Source: Spirochaetia bacterium | GTDB taxonomy: Bacteria; Spirochaetota; Spirochaetia; SZUA-6; Bin103 | Direction: 5' to 3' | Length of the DNA stretch: 64,000 nucleotides | Assembly: GCA_965203515.1 (NCBI GenBank) | Contig: OZ241907.1 | Coordinates: forward strand, 2,912,001-2,976,000 | Part shown: positions 1 to 9,922 of the stretch, piece after piece | Layout: the number at the start of each line of letters is the position of its first letter | Position numbering within the stretch: the first letter of the stretch is position 1 | Translations under genes and position numbers: made by a program | Notes under the pieces: model-generated | Told to the model about the DNA's origin: nothing | Seen by the model: the letters and a program-made list of their open reading frames with translations, nothing else | Databases searched by the model: none

Positions 1-421
1 TCATGCCGACGACGATCACCAGGGATATGAAGTGCGGCAGGTAGCTCACGGTCTGCACGATCCGCTTGAGGGGCAGCACCCGCATCTCGTTGAGCATCAG
101 GGCGAAGATGATCGGCACCGGAAAGCCGAAGACGATGGTGTAGAAGCTGAGCAGCAGCGTGTTGCGCATCAGCCGCCAGAAGTAGAACGACTCGAAGAAC
201 TCGATGAACCACCGGAAGCCGACCCAGTCGCTGCCGAACACGCCGCGGCCCATCTTGTAGTCCTGAAAGGCCAGCACGATGCCGGCCATCGGCACGTAGT
301 GAAAGATGACGAGGTAGGCGAACGGCAGGATCATCATGGCGTACCAAGCCCGTTCGAGTTTGATCCGCCTCCGCAACGCCGCCCAGGGCGCCGGCTTCGT
401 CAGAGTGGAAGCCGCAGACAC
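1..421 (-). CDS. Carbohydrate ABC transporter permease (LplB-like), 5' part; runs off the window start
   Basis: Hand translation of the minus strand from GTG at 421: ...MILPFAYLVIFHYVPMAGIVLAFQDYKMGRGVFGSDWVGFRWFIEFFESFYFWRLMRNTLLLSFYTIVFGFPVPIIFALMLNE...VQTVSYLPHFISLVIVVGM, typical of CUT1 permeases. Not in the ORF track. Confidence 0.8.
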   Translation of the reverse strand, partial: MSAASTLTKPAPWAALRRRIKLERAWYAMMILPFAYLVIFHYVPMAGIVLAFQDYKMGRGVFGSDWVGFRWFIEFFESFYFWRLMRNTLLLSFYTIVFGFPVPIIFALMLNEMRVLPLKRIVQTVSYLPHFISLVIVVGM

Positions 422-423
422 CG

Positions 424-852
424 CTATGCCGTCTTGTTCGTTCTCATGAAGAGATGGTTGCGGCCGTCCTCGTAGCGGTAGTCGATCTCATCCATCATCT
501 CCCGCACCAGGTGGACGCCCAGGCCGCCTACCGGCCGCTGATCAAGCGGCGCATCGGTATCGGGCTCCGGCGCTTCGGAGAGCGGGTCGAAGCGCGGCCC
601 GTCGTCCACGATCTCGATGCTGACCGAGTCCGCATCGCAGATCACGACGACCTCCAGCTCGCGCGCGCCGCCGGCCCGGCCGTGGGTCATGACGTTGAGC
701 GTCATCTCCTCCAACACCAAGTTCATGCGGAACTGGAAGTCCGGGGACCACCGTTCACGCGCCCCCAGCTCCTCGATGGCGCCGGCAACGTCCGCCAGCC
801 GTTCGGGGTCGGGGTCGAGCCTCAGATGCAGATCGGCGCCCGATTCGCTCAT
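424..852 (-). CDS. Anti-sigma-factor/Ser-Thr kinase, RsbW-like (HATPase_c_2)
   Basis: LEEMTLNVMTHG (N box), DDGPRFDP (G1) and GGLGVHLVR (G2); adjacent to a STAS gene. Confidence 0.88.
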   Translation of the reverse strand: MSESGADLHLRLDPDPERLADVAGAIEELGARERWSPDFQFRMNLVLEEMTLNVMTHGRAGGARELEVVVICDADSVSIEIVDDGPRFDPLSEAPEPDTDAPLDQRPVGGLGVHLVREMMDEIDYRYEDGRNHLFMRTNKTA

Positions 853-919
853 GCGCCGCTCCTACCGCCGGAGCTGCGTACCGTGCGGCCGATCGTTCGC
901 CCCACGGAACCTCAAGGCG

Positions 920-1258
920 TCAGGCGCTCACCGCCTGGGTCGCTTCCTCCCTGGACGCGTGGACCTTGATGATGCGGTCGAACCCGCTGATCTCGAAGAC
1001 TTCCTTGATCGACGGCGACAGCGAGCAGATGGCGAACTTGGCCTGCTGCCGCTGCAGCCGCCGCGCCAGAAGCAGCGTCGCCCGAAGCCCGGAGCTGCTG
1101 ATGTAGGTCAGCTTGCCCATGTCCAGGACCACCGCGCGATCGTCGTCGGTGATCGCCTCCTCGAACCGGTCCTGGAAGTCCTGGGAATTGCTGCCGTCGA
1201 TACGACCGTCGACGGCCACGACCAACGCGCTGCCGTCACGCTCACTGTTTACTTGCAC
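920..1258 (-). CDS. STAS-domain anti-sigma-factor antagonist, RsbV/SpoIIAA-like
   Basis: 112 aa; LDMGKLTYISSSGLR phospho-Ser motif; VFEISGFD. Confidence 0.92.
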   Translation of the reverse strand: MQVNSERDGSALVVAVDGRIDGSNSQDFQDRFEEAITDDDRAVVLDMGKLTYISSSGLRATLLLARRLQRQQAKFAICSLSPSIKEVFEISGFDRIIKVHASREEATQAVSA

Positions 1259-1316
1259 TTATCCTTCTCCCCGTAACGAGTTATGACGTGCGCCGACGAT
1301 GATGGTCCGGCGCCGC

Positions 1317-3812
1317 TCATCCGTGGATGCGCTTCCGCATGATGAGGCGATTGCGCTCACCGACGCGCAGGTAGGAGACCTCGTCGACCAGGGAGCGCCG
1401 CATCAGGCCCGCTCCCAGGCATTCGGTCCCCGACTCGGCGCCGTCCCCCGTATCGTCCATCGGATCGTAGGCTCCGCCGTCGTCTTCCACCGTAACCTCG
1501 GCCACGCCGTCGTCGAGCATAGCACGAACGGCGATCTCATATTCGTCGACCGACAGCCGGTCATCGATCGCGTTGACCATGGTCGCCTCCAGCGCCCTGC
1601 GGAGATGCTCCGCGTCGTCGGGGCCGATGCCGCCGCTCTTCGCGAACGTCCCGATTTCGTCGGCGATGCGGGGAAGGTCGGCGCGATCGTTGCGCAGCGA
1701 GAACCGGCGCACGGCGATCGTGTCATCGGCCGTGCCGCGGCCGAGCGCCAGCATGGTGACGTCATCGAACTGCACCGCTTCGCCGGCGAACTCCTCGACC
1801 GACCGGAGCATGATCTCCAGGGTGTCGCCGGCGCTTCGATCGGCGTTCTGCAGGAGGACATCTTCCATGCGCTCGTAGCCGTACTCCTCCTCGGCCACGT
1901 TGGCCGACTCGCTGACTCCGTCGGTATAGAGAAACAGCTTGCCGCCGGCCGGCACGGTCACCCGCCCTTCCTCATAGGTGAGCCCGTCGAACATCGCCAC
2001 GGCGATGCCCCCGGTCAGCGGGAGGCGTTCGATCCGATCGCCGCTCAACAGCATCGGCGGGTTGTGGCCGCCGTTGGCGTACACGAAGCTGCCGTCGCGC
2101 ACGTCGTAGACGCCGTAGAAGAGGGTGACGAACATGTCCCCGCCGGAGGCTTCGATCAGGGTGTCATTCACCATCTGCATGCACTGACCGGGGGGGCGCT
2201 CGGCCTGCCGCGCCGTAGCGCGAATCACCGTGCGGGTGACGGCCATGAACATCGCCGCCGGCACGCCCTTGCCCGCGACGTCGCCGATGACGACCGCGAT
2301 GCGGTGCTCGTCCAGCGGGAAGAAATCGTAGAAATCGCCGCCCACCTCCTTGGCGGGATGCATGGCCGCGCGGATATCGACTCCCGGCGCCGCGAAACGG
2401 ACGCCGGGGAGGAACGAGTGCTGCACGCGGCTGGCGATCTGCAGGTCACGCTGCAGGGCCAGATACGCGGTCCTGGTGCGCAGCGCCTCCTGCAGCTCGG
2501 CCACCAGCGTGGTCAGCCGCTGTTGCTGGCGGCCGACCCGGCCGGTCATCTTCTGGAACGCCAGTCCGATCATCTGCAGGTCGTTGCCGCTCTCCTGGTC
2601 TCCGGACGGGTCGGCATCCGTCGCCCCGTCCGGCGCCTCCACCTCGGCGAGGTCCTTGAGGATGTCGCGTCGTTCCTCCTCGTTCAGGGTGTCGGCCAGA
2701 CGGGTCATCTCGCTATGGATGAAGCGTTCCTGCTGGCGCCGGCGGAGCAGCGCGCGGCGGCGGTGCCGGCGCAAGGCCAGCGTCTGCGTACGGAAGGTGT
2801 TCACCGCGCGGGCGATCCGCGCCACCTCGTCGTCGCTCTCCTGCTCGCTCACCGCCACGGTCGCCTGCGTGTCGCCCCGCGAGAGCGCGTCCAGCACCAC
2901 CACGCCGTCGGTCAGACGCGACAGCGCGCGCCGCAGATAGAGCGAAATGCCGAGGAGCGACAACAGCACGAACCCCGCGACGGCAAGGACGGTGATCAGA
3001 CTGACCCGCCGCCGTTCGGCCTCGGCGGCGCTCACGTCCTGCACCGTGACCACGTACGCGACCAGGTTGCCGAGCTCCGCTTCGAGCTCGAACGAAGCGC
3101 GCGCGAACGCCTGGTCGCCGCTGCGCTGCGGCTCCGAGGTGCGCCGGTCGAGCCATTCCGTCCCGCCCACGCGGTCCCAGACCTCCCGATCGGTTCCCAC
3201 CAGCAGACGTCCGCGCCGGTTGACGATCAACGCCTCCGCCCCGGTGTCGTTCCTCAGCTCGGTGAGCGCCTTCAGAATGTCGGTCGCGTAGATCGCTACC
3301 GCGAGCAGCGCGCCGTTGCCGCCGTGCACGAGGACGCCGGCCGACAGGGTGACGTTGCGCTCGGCGTCGATCGCGACCCCGCCGCCGCTCCATCTCTGCG
3401 CGATCATGCGCGCCAGCGCGTCGTCGCTCGCCGCCGCGACCGGCTCGAAGGCGGGAGCGGAGGAGTACAGCACCTCCCTCGTGGGCGAGACCAGGTCCAG
3501 CCGGTCCACGTCTCCGCTGGCGCGCAACGCGGCGAGCGCCGCCTCCGCCGCCGCCAGTATCTCGCCGCGGTCACCGCTCTCCAGGGCCGCCCGCAACGCG
3601 GGGTTCGCGGTGACGACCGGCGAGCGCTCGCGCATGCGCTGCACGCCGGTCTCCACGATCTTGCTCCACAGCGCGCGGCCGCCGGTCCGCGTCGTCCGGT
3701 CGAGCTGGTCGCGCAGCCCCTGTTCCCGCAGATTCGCGGCGACCACCAAGCCGGCCACCATCGCCGCCATGAAGAGGATGACGATGATGCCGATGCGCGC
3801 CTTGAGGCCCAC
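1317..3812 (-). CDS. Membrane sensor PP2C/SpoIIE phosphatase (TM, Cache-like, TM, HAMP, PP2C) with a C-terminal RsbW-like HATPase domain
   Basis: VGGDFYD, IGDVAGKGVPAA, NGGHNPP, LYTDGVSE and QFDDVT motifs; C-terminal EATMVNAI...DDGGAYDP...LGAGL. Confidence 0.9.
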   Translation of the reverse strand: MGLKARIGIIVILFMAAMVAGLVVAANLREQGLRDQLDRTTRTGGRALWSKIVETGVQRMRERSPVVTANPALRAALESGDRGEILAAAEAALAALRASGDVDRLDLVSPTREVLYSSAPAFEPVAAASDDALARMIAQRWSGGGVAIDAERNVTLSAGVLVHGGNGALLAVAIYATDILKALTELRNDTGAEALIVNRRGRLLVGTDREVWDRVGGTEWLDRRTSEPQRSGDQAFARASFELEAELGNLVAYVVTVQDVSAAEAERRRVSLITVLAVAGFVLLSLLGISLYLRRALSRLTDGVVVLDALSRGDTQATVAVSEQESDDEVARIARAVNTFRTQTLALRRHRRRALLRRRQQERFIHSEMTRLADTLNEEERRDILKDLAEVEAPDGATDADPSGDQESGNDLQMIGLAFQKMTGRVGRQQQRLTTLVAELQEALRTRTAYLALQRDLQIASRVQHSFLPGVRFAAPGVDIRAAMHPAKEVGGDFYDFFPLDEHRIAVVIGDVAGKGVPAAMFMAVTRTVIRATARQAERPPGQCMQMVNDTLIEASGGDMFVTLFYGVYDVRDGSFVYANGGHNPPMLLSGDRIERLPLTGGIAVAMFDGLTYEEGRVTVPAGGKLFLYTDGVSESANVAEEEYGYERMEDVLLQNADRSAGDTLEIMLRSVEEFAGEAVQFDDVTMLALGRGTADDTIAVRRFSLRNDRADLPRIADEIGTFAKSGGIGPDDAEHLRRALEATMVNAIDDRLSVDEYEIAVRAMLDDGVAEVTVEDDGGAYDPMDDTGDGAESGTECLGAGLMRRSLVDEVSYLRVGERNRLIMRKRIHG

Positions 3813-3818
3813 CCGGCG

Positions 3819-4829
3819 CTACTCCTGCACCACTTGCGCGATGCGCAGCAGGCTGAGCGGGGGATACACCTCCAGGTCGAGGGCTACCGGCATGCGGATC
3901 AGCAGCGCGAACCGGGCCAGCGAGGCGACCGGGAGGTCTTCCGCACGCTTGCCGTCGACCAGGATGCGTTCCGCCTGGGCTCCGGCGAGCTTGCCGACCA
4001 GGAAGTATTTGCTCACGAGGCCGAGCACGGCATGGGAGCCATTGAAGGTCGCATCGGTGCCGGCGACCGTCGGTATGCCGCGCTCCTTCGCCAAGCCGGT
4101 GACCTGCGCCCGGTTTCCGGTCACGAAGGAATCGGGGCCTATGTAGAGGAACTCCACGCCGCCGTCGACCAGCTCGTCGACCGCTTCCCCCAGGCGGGAG
4201 GCGTCGGCCCTGCCATCGTCGTCGAGCGGTACCGGCGCTTCCAGCAGATCGATGCCGCGCGCCGTCGCCGCCGACCGGAGCTGCTCGACGTTGATCACCG
4301 AGTTGGTCTCCAGGGAGTTGTAGATCACGCCCAGGCGCTTGACGGAGGAGCGGTATGCCAGGAGGGCGTCGAGCTGCCGTTCCACCGGCGGCAGGAACGC
4401 GGTGCCGGTGATCGGGCGGCCGGTCGACTCGAAGCTCTCGACGATCCGCGCCTCGATCGGATAGGCCACGATCGAGAAGACGCCGGGTATCCCCTGCACG
4501 TGCGTGGCCGGGTCCGATTCGCCGAGCCGTCCGAAGATGCCGGCCGTCGCCGAGGTGCCGAAGGTGTGCACCAGGTCAGGGTTGGCGGCCTGTATCTCGG
4601 CGACCACCTCCGGGATGCGGCTCCGGTCCTGACCGAGGTCACGCATCGTGTAGTTCACCGATATGCCGCGCTCCCGCATGTGCGCCCGGAAGCCGCGCTC
4701 GACGTCGGTCTCGCCGCGCCACACTACCAGGAATACGTGGAACTCGGCCGGCGTCTGGGCGGCCGCCATGCCGGCCACCCCGAGCAGGCCGGCCAGCCCG
4801 AGCAGCAGCGCCGCGGCGAACGCTCTCAC
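3819..4829 (-). CDS. ABC-type substrate-binding protein (ABC_sub_bind-like), secreted
   Basis: GTG at 4829 overlaps the upstream TGA (GTGA); signal peptide MRAFAAALLLGLAGLLGVAGMAAAQ; DLVHTFGTSAT and KRLGVIYNSLETNS. The track's 637-aa ORF is an over-extension. Confidence 0.8.
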   Translation of the reverse strand: MRAFAAALLLGLAGLLGVAGMAAAQTPAEFHVFLVVWRGETDVERGFRAHMRERGISVNYTMRDLGQDRSRIPEVVAEIQAANPDLVHTFGTSATAGIFGRLGESDPATHVQGIPGVFSIVAYPIEARIVESFESTGRPITGTAFLPPVERQLDALLAYRSSVKRLGVIYNSLETNSVINVEQLRSAATARGIDLLEAPVPLDDDGRADASRLGEAVDELVDGGVEFLYIGPDSFVTGNRAQVTGLAKERGIPTVAGTDATFNGSHAVLGLVSKYFLVGKLAGAQAERILVDGKRAEDLPVASLARFALLIRMPVALDLEVYPPLSLLRIAQVVQE

Positions 4830-6904
4830 GCAGACGCCCTGCCCGCGCTCGTCGCACGGCCGATCACGAGGTAGAGCAGAGTGCAGACCAGCACCAGTCC
4901 GCCGACCGCGAGCATCGCCTGCCCGTAGGAGAAGGCGGCCGCCACCGCCCCCACCAGCATCGCTCCCGCCGCGGTGCCGACCCGCTCCAGGGTGCGGTAC
5001 ATGCCGACGATCGCCCCCGGGCCGAGTCCCAGCCGGTGGCTGGCGCCCTGCGCGATCTCCTGCACCACGGCGAGCTGGGTCACGGTCACCATCGCGTGAC
5101 CGGCGCCCATCACCGCCACCGCGGCCAGCACTACGCCGGTCGCGTTCCGCAGCGCCGGCAGCGCGCACCCGACGGCGATCACGAACCCGCCGGCGATCAT
5201 CAGCAACCGCGGCTGCCGGCCGCGGTCCGCGCTCCGCGCGACCAACGGCGTGGCCACCACGCAGGCGACGCCGTACATCATCATCACCCGACCGATGTTC
5301 GACTGGATGTTGCCCAGGTCGGCCAGATAGAGCGGCACCAGGTAGAAGAACAGGCCGCCGAGCACCAGCTTGCTCGGCAATGCGGAGAGCACCGTCACCT
5401 GCAGCAGCTCGCGGTCCGCGAGCAGCCGCAGCCAACCGCGCAGGCCGACCTTGGCCGAGCGTATGCTCGGCGCCCCGCCCGGATCGATGGTGACGAGCGC
5501 CGCCGCCGCGGAGACCGCGGCGAGCGCGGCCGCCACCAGCAGCGTCTGCTTGTAACCCAGGCGGTCGGCCAGCATCCCGCCGATCGCCGGACCGCACACG
5601 AAGGCCGCGAACACCGCCCCCAGGAAGCCCGACATGCCGACCGCCCGCGTCGACCGATCGGTGTGCTGAGCGACGTAGGCCTGCGCGGAGATGAAGATGA
5701 TGCCGTAGCCGGCGCCGGAGAGCGTCCACCACAGCAGTCCCTCGCCGATCGTGCCGGCATAGGCGGTCCCCACGTGTCCCGCGACCGACGGAATGATGCC
5801 GGCGACGAACATGCCGCGCGGCGCGACGCGATCCGTCAGCGCTCCGGCGATCGGGATCGAGATGAGCACCATGGTCATGAACGCCGTGATCGGCAGTCCG
5901 ATCGCCAGCTCGCGGCTCAAGCCGGCGATCGGCGTGTAGATGTCGTCGAAGAAGAGCGGCAGGAACGGACGTGAGATCTCCTGCGCCAACATGAACAGGA
6001 ACAGCGGAATCCTGACGTCCATCGGCGATCGGGAGACCAGCGTGGTCTCGGTGCCGGGGGCGGCGAAGCGGTAGCGCGTCCTGATCGCCGCCAGCACGTC
6101 CCTGATGCGCTTCTGCACGCCGCGGTCGAGCTGCACTTCATGCGCGTCCTCGGCCTCCTCCACCAGTTCCGAGAACGCCGCGTTGATACGTCGTAGCGCG
6201 CCGTTGAGTATCTGGCCGAAGCGGCCCACCTCGTCCCGGTAGCGCACGCCGAACCGGCTGCCGAAGTCGCCCTTGGCGCTGAGCGCCAGCAGACGGTCCG
6301 CCAGCCGGATCGGCCCCGATACCCGCACCACCACCAGAGCCACCAGCAACTCGATGCCGATGAGCAGGGTGACCAGGAGGACGGTGCCGATGTCCAGGCG
6401 CAACGCCGCCAACTCGGAGCGCACCGCCCCCCCCTGCACCTGCACGCGCAACGACGCCACCGGCTGGCCGTCCACCAGAATCGGCACCGATTCCAGATCG
6501 GCGGCGTCGCGGGCCGACGGCGCCAGCGCGCCCCGCGCATAGATCTCGACGCCGGCGGGATCCACGACCGCCACGTACCGGAAGTCCGGGTTGTCTTCCA
6601 GCACCCCGTCCAGGAAGGCGTCCATCTCCACCATCGAGCGGAGCGGGATTCCCAGGGACAGGCCATAGCCGATCTGTTCGGCGACCAGCTCTCCCGCCAC
6701 TACCGCCTTGCGGCGCACCTCGGGCAGCAGGTTGTCCTCGAACGTCCTGGCCAGCAGGAACGACACGACTCCCTGCGACAGGATCAGCAGCAGCGCCGTC
6801 AGAGCGGCCAGCCGCAGGGCTACGCTCCGGTAGACGCTCCGTTCGGACCGTTCCTGCGACGCGTTCGGCGCCGCAGTCCGGCGCGCCGCGCTGGCCGTGC
6901 TCAT
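4826..6904 (-). CDS. MFS transporter fused to an N-terminal periplasmic sensor-like domain and HAMP
   Basis: TM, periplasmic domain, TM, then HAMP-like GDFGSRFGVRYRDEVGRFG, a coiled coil and a 12-TM MFS (GALTDRVAPR, GGMLADRLGYK). Confidence 0.82.
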   Translation of the reverse strand: MSTASAARRTAAPNASQERSERSVYRSVALRLAALTALLLILSQGVVSFLLARTFEDNLLPEVRRKAVVAGELVAEQIGYGLSLGIPLRSMVEMDAFLDGVLEDNPDFRYVAVVDPAGVEIYARGALAPSARDAADLESVPILVDGQPVASLRVQVQGGAVRSELAALRLDIGTVLLVTLLIGIELLVALVVVRVSGPIRLADRLLALSAKGDFGSRFGVRYRDEVGRFGQILNGALRRINAAFSELVEEAEDAHEVQLDRGVQKRIRDVLAAIRTRYRFAAPGTETTLVSRSPMDVRIPLFLFMLAQEISRPFLPLFFDDIYTPIAGLSRELAIGLPITAFMTMVLISIPIAGALTDRVAPRGMFVAGIIPSVAGHVGTAYAGTIGEGLLWWTLSGAGYGIIFISAQAYVAQHTDRSTRAVGMSGFLGAVFAAFVCGPAIGGMLADRLGYKQTLLVAAALAAVSAAAALVTIDPGGAPSIRSAKVGLRGWLRLLADRELLQVTVLSALPSKLVLGGLFFYLVPLYLADLGNIQSNIGRVMMMYGVACVVATPLVARSADRGRQPRLLMIAGGFVIAVGCALPALRNATGVVLAAVAVMGAGHAMVTVTQLAVVQEIAQGASHRLGLGPGAIVGMYRTLERVGTAAGAMLVGAVAAAFSYGQAMLAVGGLVLVCTLLYLVIGRATSAGRASA

Positions 6905-7764
6905 CGCCCGCCGCCGGCCCCGAGCTGCTGGCCGGCCTCCCGTTCGATACGTCGAATCTCCTGGGCGCCGTCATCCAGCGATCGCTGCGCGGCCGACGTC
7001 GTCTCCGCGAACCGCACCGCGAGCGGATCTGGCTCCGTCGCCGCGTCGGTCTTCACCGCCGGATCGATCGGCGCCTGCAGCGACTGCAGGCGCTGCCGCA
7101 GCGGACGGGTCACGAAGACCGACAGGCCGGCGCCCACCAGCACGAACCCGACCACGATCGCCGCGCACAGCACGGCGATCCGCAACGCCATGTCGCGCAC
7201 GTTCTCATCGAACTCGGTGCGTGAAAACCGCAACGCCAGCGATCCCACCGGTTGTCCAAGGCTGTTCTCCACGCGCAGGCCGACCACGTGAGCGTCCGGC
7301 GCCGGCCGCGACCACACCGGCGGGCCATCCTTCCACGCGACGGTCCAGTCCTCCGACACCAGGTCGCCGCGCAGGCTCTCGTCAGTGGCGTAGAGCACCG
7401 TACCGTCCTCGTCGAACATCTCGATCGACAGGATCTGCGGGTCCTGCGCAATCCTGGCCTGCATGTCGTCGCCGACGCGGGGCAACGCGTTGAGGGCCAG
7501 GCCGAGCGACAGCGACTCCTCGATGTTGTGACCGATGTCCTGCAGCACCAGCGCGCGCCGGTCGCGTAGCAGATCGCGCAGGTAATTGCGGTATTCGTAG
7601 TGGTTGAGCAGCCCCGTCAGGGAAACGGCGGAGGCCAGGATGAAGCAGATACTCGCCGCTACGCGCGGACGGAGGCTGAAGCGAACGGCCGGTGAGGGCG
7701 GTCGGCCCGCTACTGTCGTGCCTCGCATTGGCGATACGATGCGCGCCGCGCCGCGCCGTGTCAA
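6901..7764 (-). CDS. Two-TM membrane protein with a periplasmic sensor-like domain and no output domain; start uncertain
   Basis: Two hydrophobic helices flank a soluble domain similar to the N-terminal domain of the downstream MFS; ATGA coupling at 6901-6904. Confidence 0.65.
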   Translation of the reverse strand: MTRRGAARIVSPMRGTTVAGRPPSPAVRFSLRPRVAASICFILASAVSLTGLLNHYEYRNYLRDLLRDRRALVLQDIGHNIEESLSLGLALNALPRVGDDMQARIAQDPQILSIEMFDEDGTVLYATDESLRGDLVSEDWTVAWKDGPPVWSRPAPDAHVVGLRVENSLGQPVGSLALRFSRTEFDENVRDMALRIAVLCAAIVVGFVLVGAGLSVFVTRPLRQRLQSLQAPIDPAVKTDAATEPDPLAVRFAETTSAAQRSLDDGAQEIRRIEREAGQQLGAGGGR

Positions 7765-9161
7765 TCGAGGGTCGCGGGCCGGTCACCGGCCGCGATCCCC
7801 AGCGCGCCGGCGCGCTCCGCCTGCCACGCCTCCACCTGCGCGGCGGCGACGTCCTGACGGTGCCAGAGCGCCCAGTTCAGGCAGGCGATCAGGTCGCCGG
7901 GATGCTCGACCCCGATCCCCAGCCGGACCAGCCGGTCCACGCCGATGCGCCGCACCTCCTCTGCGGCGGTGAAGTACTCCGATACCGAGCGGTGATGGTT
8001 GAGCTTGGTGGCCAGGCCGTCGAAGCTGAGCGCGTAGCGCAGCACCCCGCAGGTCGCCAGCACGTCGCAGAAGTGGCGCGTCTGCGCTTCGTCAGCGCCG
8101 CGCAGCCGGAAGCTCACGATCGAGCCCGGCGCCGTGTAGTGGCGCTCGATCACCGCGGCGTCGGGATGGCCGGGGGCCGACGGATGGAACACCGCCTCCA
8201 CCAGCGGGTGCCCGGACAGGAACGCGGTCACCTCCCGCGCGGTGGCGCAGCGCCGCCGGAAGCGCGGTTCGGCCCGGTCCAGCCCGTCCAGGATCGCCGC
8301 GGCGCGGCGCCAGTCGACGATGCCGCCGCGCATCGCCTGCAGGTCCATCACGCCGTTGAGCAGGCGGACGTCGTCGGACGCCAGGTAGCCCCACATGTCC
8401 CGGTCCTGTCCGGCCAGCGCCTTGGTGCCGGACACCGCCACCACGTCGACGCCTTCCCAGCGCAACCCCGGCTCCGCCAATCCCCAGGGCGTGGCGATCG
8501 TGGTGTCGAGCGCCACCACCAGCCGCGCGGCGCCGGCGGCGCGCGCCTCGCCGGCCGCGCGCGCCAGCGCATGCGGATCGACCGCCCGCATCAGCGGGTT
8601 GGTATAGGTCTCCAGGAACAGCAGCCGCGTCGCCGGCCGCAGCGCGGCGGCCAGACCCGCGCGGCTCAGGTCGTCGACCAGGGTCAGCTCGCCGCCGAGC
8701 AGGGTGGTGAGCCGGCTCAGGTACGCCTTGCTCTTGTTGTAGACGCCGCGCGCGCACGCCACGTGGTCGCCCGGCTCCAGCACCGCGTCGAACAACAGGG
8801 CGCACGCCTGCATGCCGGTGTCGGTGAGCACCGCCGCCTGCGCCCGCTCCAGGTCCCGGACCCGCGCCAGCAGCCGCCGCGCCGGCGTGGTGCCGTACCG
8901 GCCGTAGATCTGCGGCATGTCCGACCAGCACGCGGAGCCCAGGAACATCAACTCCTGCTTGCGCTCCTGCCACCGGACCATCGGTCCGCTGCCGAGCAGG
9001 TCGAGCTGGATCGTCGCGCCGTCGGGATGCAGGTACGGCACGCCGGCGCGCCGGATCGCGGCGTCGATGCCCTCGTGCAGGCCGCGCGTGGCGGCGTCCA
9101 TCGCCGCCAGCCCGGGCCGATCCGGCGGCGTGCCGGCCGGATCGAGATAGGCGTCGATCAC
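7761..9161 (-). CDS. PLP-dependent Cys/Met metabolism enzyme (cystathionine gamma-synthase/lyase family)
   Basis: YGRYGT, DTGMQA, FLETYTNP, LDTTIATP, SGTKALAG (PLP lysine) and LVRLGIGVE. Confidence 0.82.
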   Translation of the reverse strand: MIDAYLDPAGTPPDRPGLAAMDAATRGLHEGIDAAIRRAGVPYLHPDGATIQLDLLGSGPMVRWQERKQELMFLGSACWSDMPQIYGRYGTTPARRLLARVRDLERAQAAVLTDTGMQACALLFDAVLEPGDHVACARGVYNKSKAYLSRLTTLLGGELTLVDDLSRAGLAAALRPATRLLFLETYTNPLMRAVDPHALARAAGEARAAGAARLVVALDTTIATPWGLAEPGLRWEGVDVVAVSGTKALAGQDRDMWGYLASDDVRLLNGVMDLQAMRGGIVDWRRAAAILDGLDRAEPRFRRRCATAREVTAFLSGHPLVEAVFHPSAPGHPDAAVIERHYTAPGSIVSFRLRGADEAQTRHFCDVLATCGVLRYALSFDGLATKLNHHRSVSEYFTAAEEVRRIGVDRLVRLGIGVEHPGDLIACLNWALWHRQDVAAAQVEAWQAERAGALGIAAGDRPATLD

Positions 9162-9168
9162 CGCCGGG

Positions 9169-9759
9169 TCAACCCGACGGCGTCACGAGGTCACATGCTT
9201 CCGGCGGCATCCAGTGCTCGGCCTGCCCCGCCCACTTGACGTTGCAGCCGATCGGGTTGGTCAGCTCGACCGGGACCGCTTCGCCGGCCAGCACCGCGTC
9301 GACCGCGTCGCGCAGCTCGCGCGTGCGCGCGTTGGCGGCATTGCGCGGGTCGTCGTCCATGCGGCCGGTGTAGCGCAGCCGCCGCTCCCCGTCGAACAGG
9401 AAGTAGTGGGGGGTGCGCAACGCGCCGTAGGCCAGCGCGACGCTCTGATCCTCATCGCGGGCGTACACGAACGGGAACCGCCGCTCGGCGGCGCGGGTGA
9501 CCATGTGGTCGAACGAGTCGTGGGGGTGGTTCTCGGTCTCGTTCGAGTTGATCGCGATCATGGCGACGCCGCGCGGCGCGTAGTCGGCGGCGAACGCCTT
9601 CATGCGCTCCTCGCTGCCGATCACGTACGGGCAGTGGTTGCACGAGAAGACGACCACCAACGCCGGGCCGGCGAAATCGGCCAGGGCACGGGTCGTGCCG
9701 TCGGTGGCGGGAAGCGAGAAGTCGGGCGCCCGGTCGCCGATCTGCAAGGTGAAAGCCAT
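9169..9759 (-). CDS. AhpC/TSA-like thioredoxin family protein
   Basis: [30 protein letters not shown] and IGCNVKW. Confidence 0.9.
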   Translation of the reverse strand: MAFTLQIGDRAPDFSLPATDGTTRALADFAGPALVVVFSCNHCPYVIGSEERMKAFAADYAPRGVAMIAINSNETENHPHDSFDHMVTRAAERRFPFVYARDEDQSVALAYGALRTPHYFLFDGERRLRYTGRMDDDPRNAANARTRELRDAVDAVLAGEAVPVELTNPIGCNVKWAGQAEHWMPPEACDLVTPSG

Positions 9760-9922
9760 CGGTTCTCCTCCGTCAGGTGCGTCGCACGAGTATCCCCCGG
9801 CCCCGGCCCCGCATCAACCCACGGCGCCGCCGGCCCCCGTCACTCCCAGACCGGCACCGGCCGGCACGACGGCCACCTCGTCGATCCGGCTAGATCACCC
9901 GACATCTCTGACGCCGGCGGGA

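Noticed and set aside
1299..4874. 1191-aa plus-strand ORF and similar long ORFs (25026-27767, 38057-40372, most of 61287-63749)
   Set aside because: Antisense or alternate-frame shadows of real genes in high-GC DNA, with no motifs.
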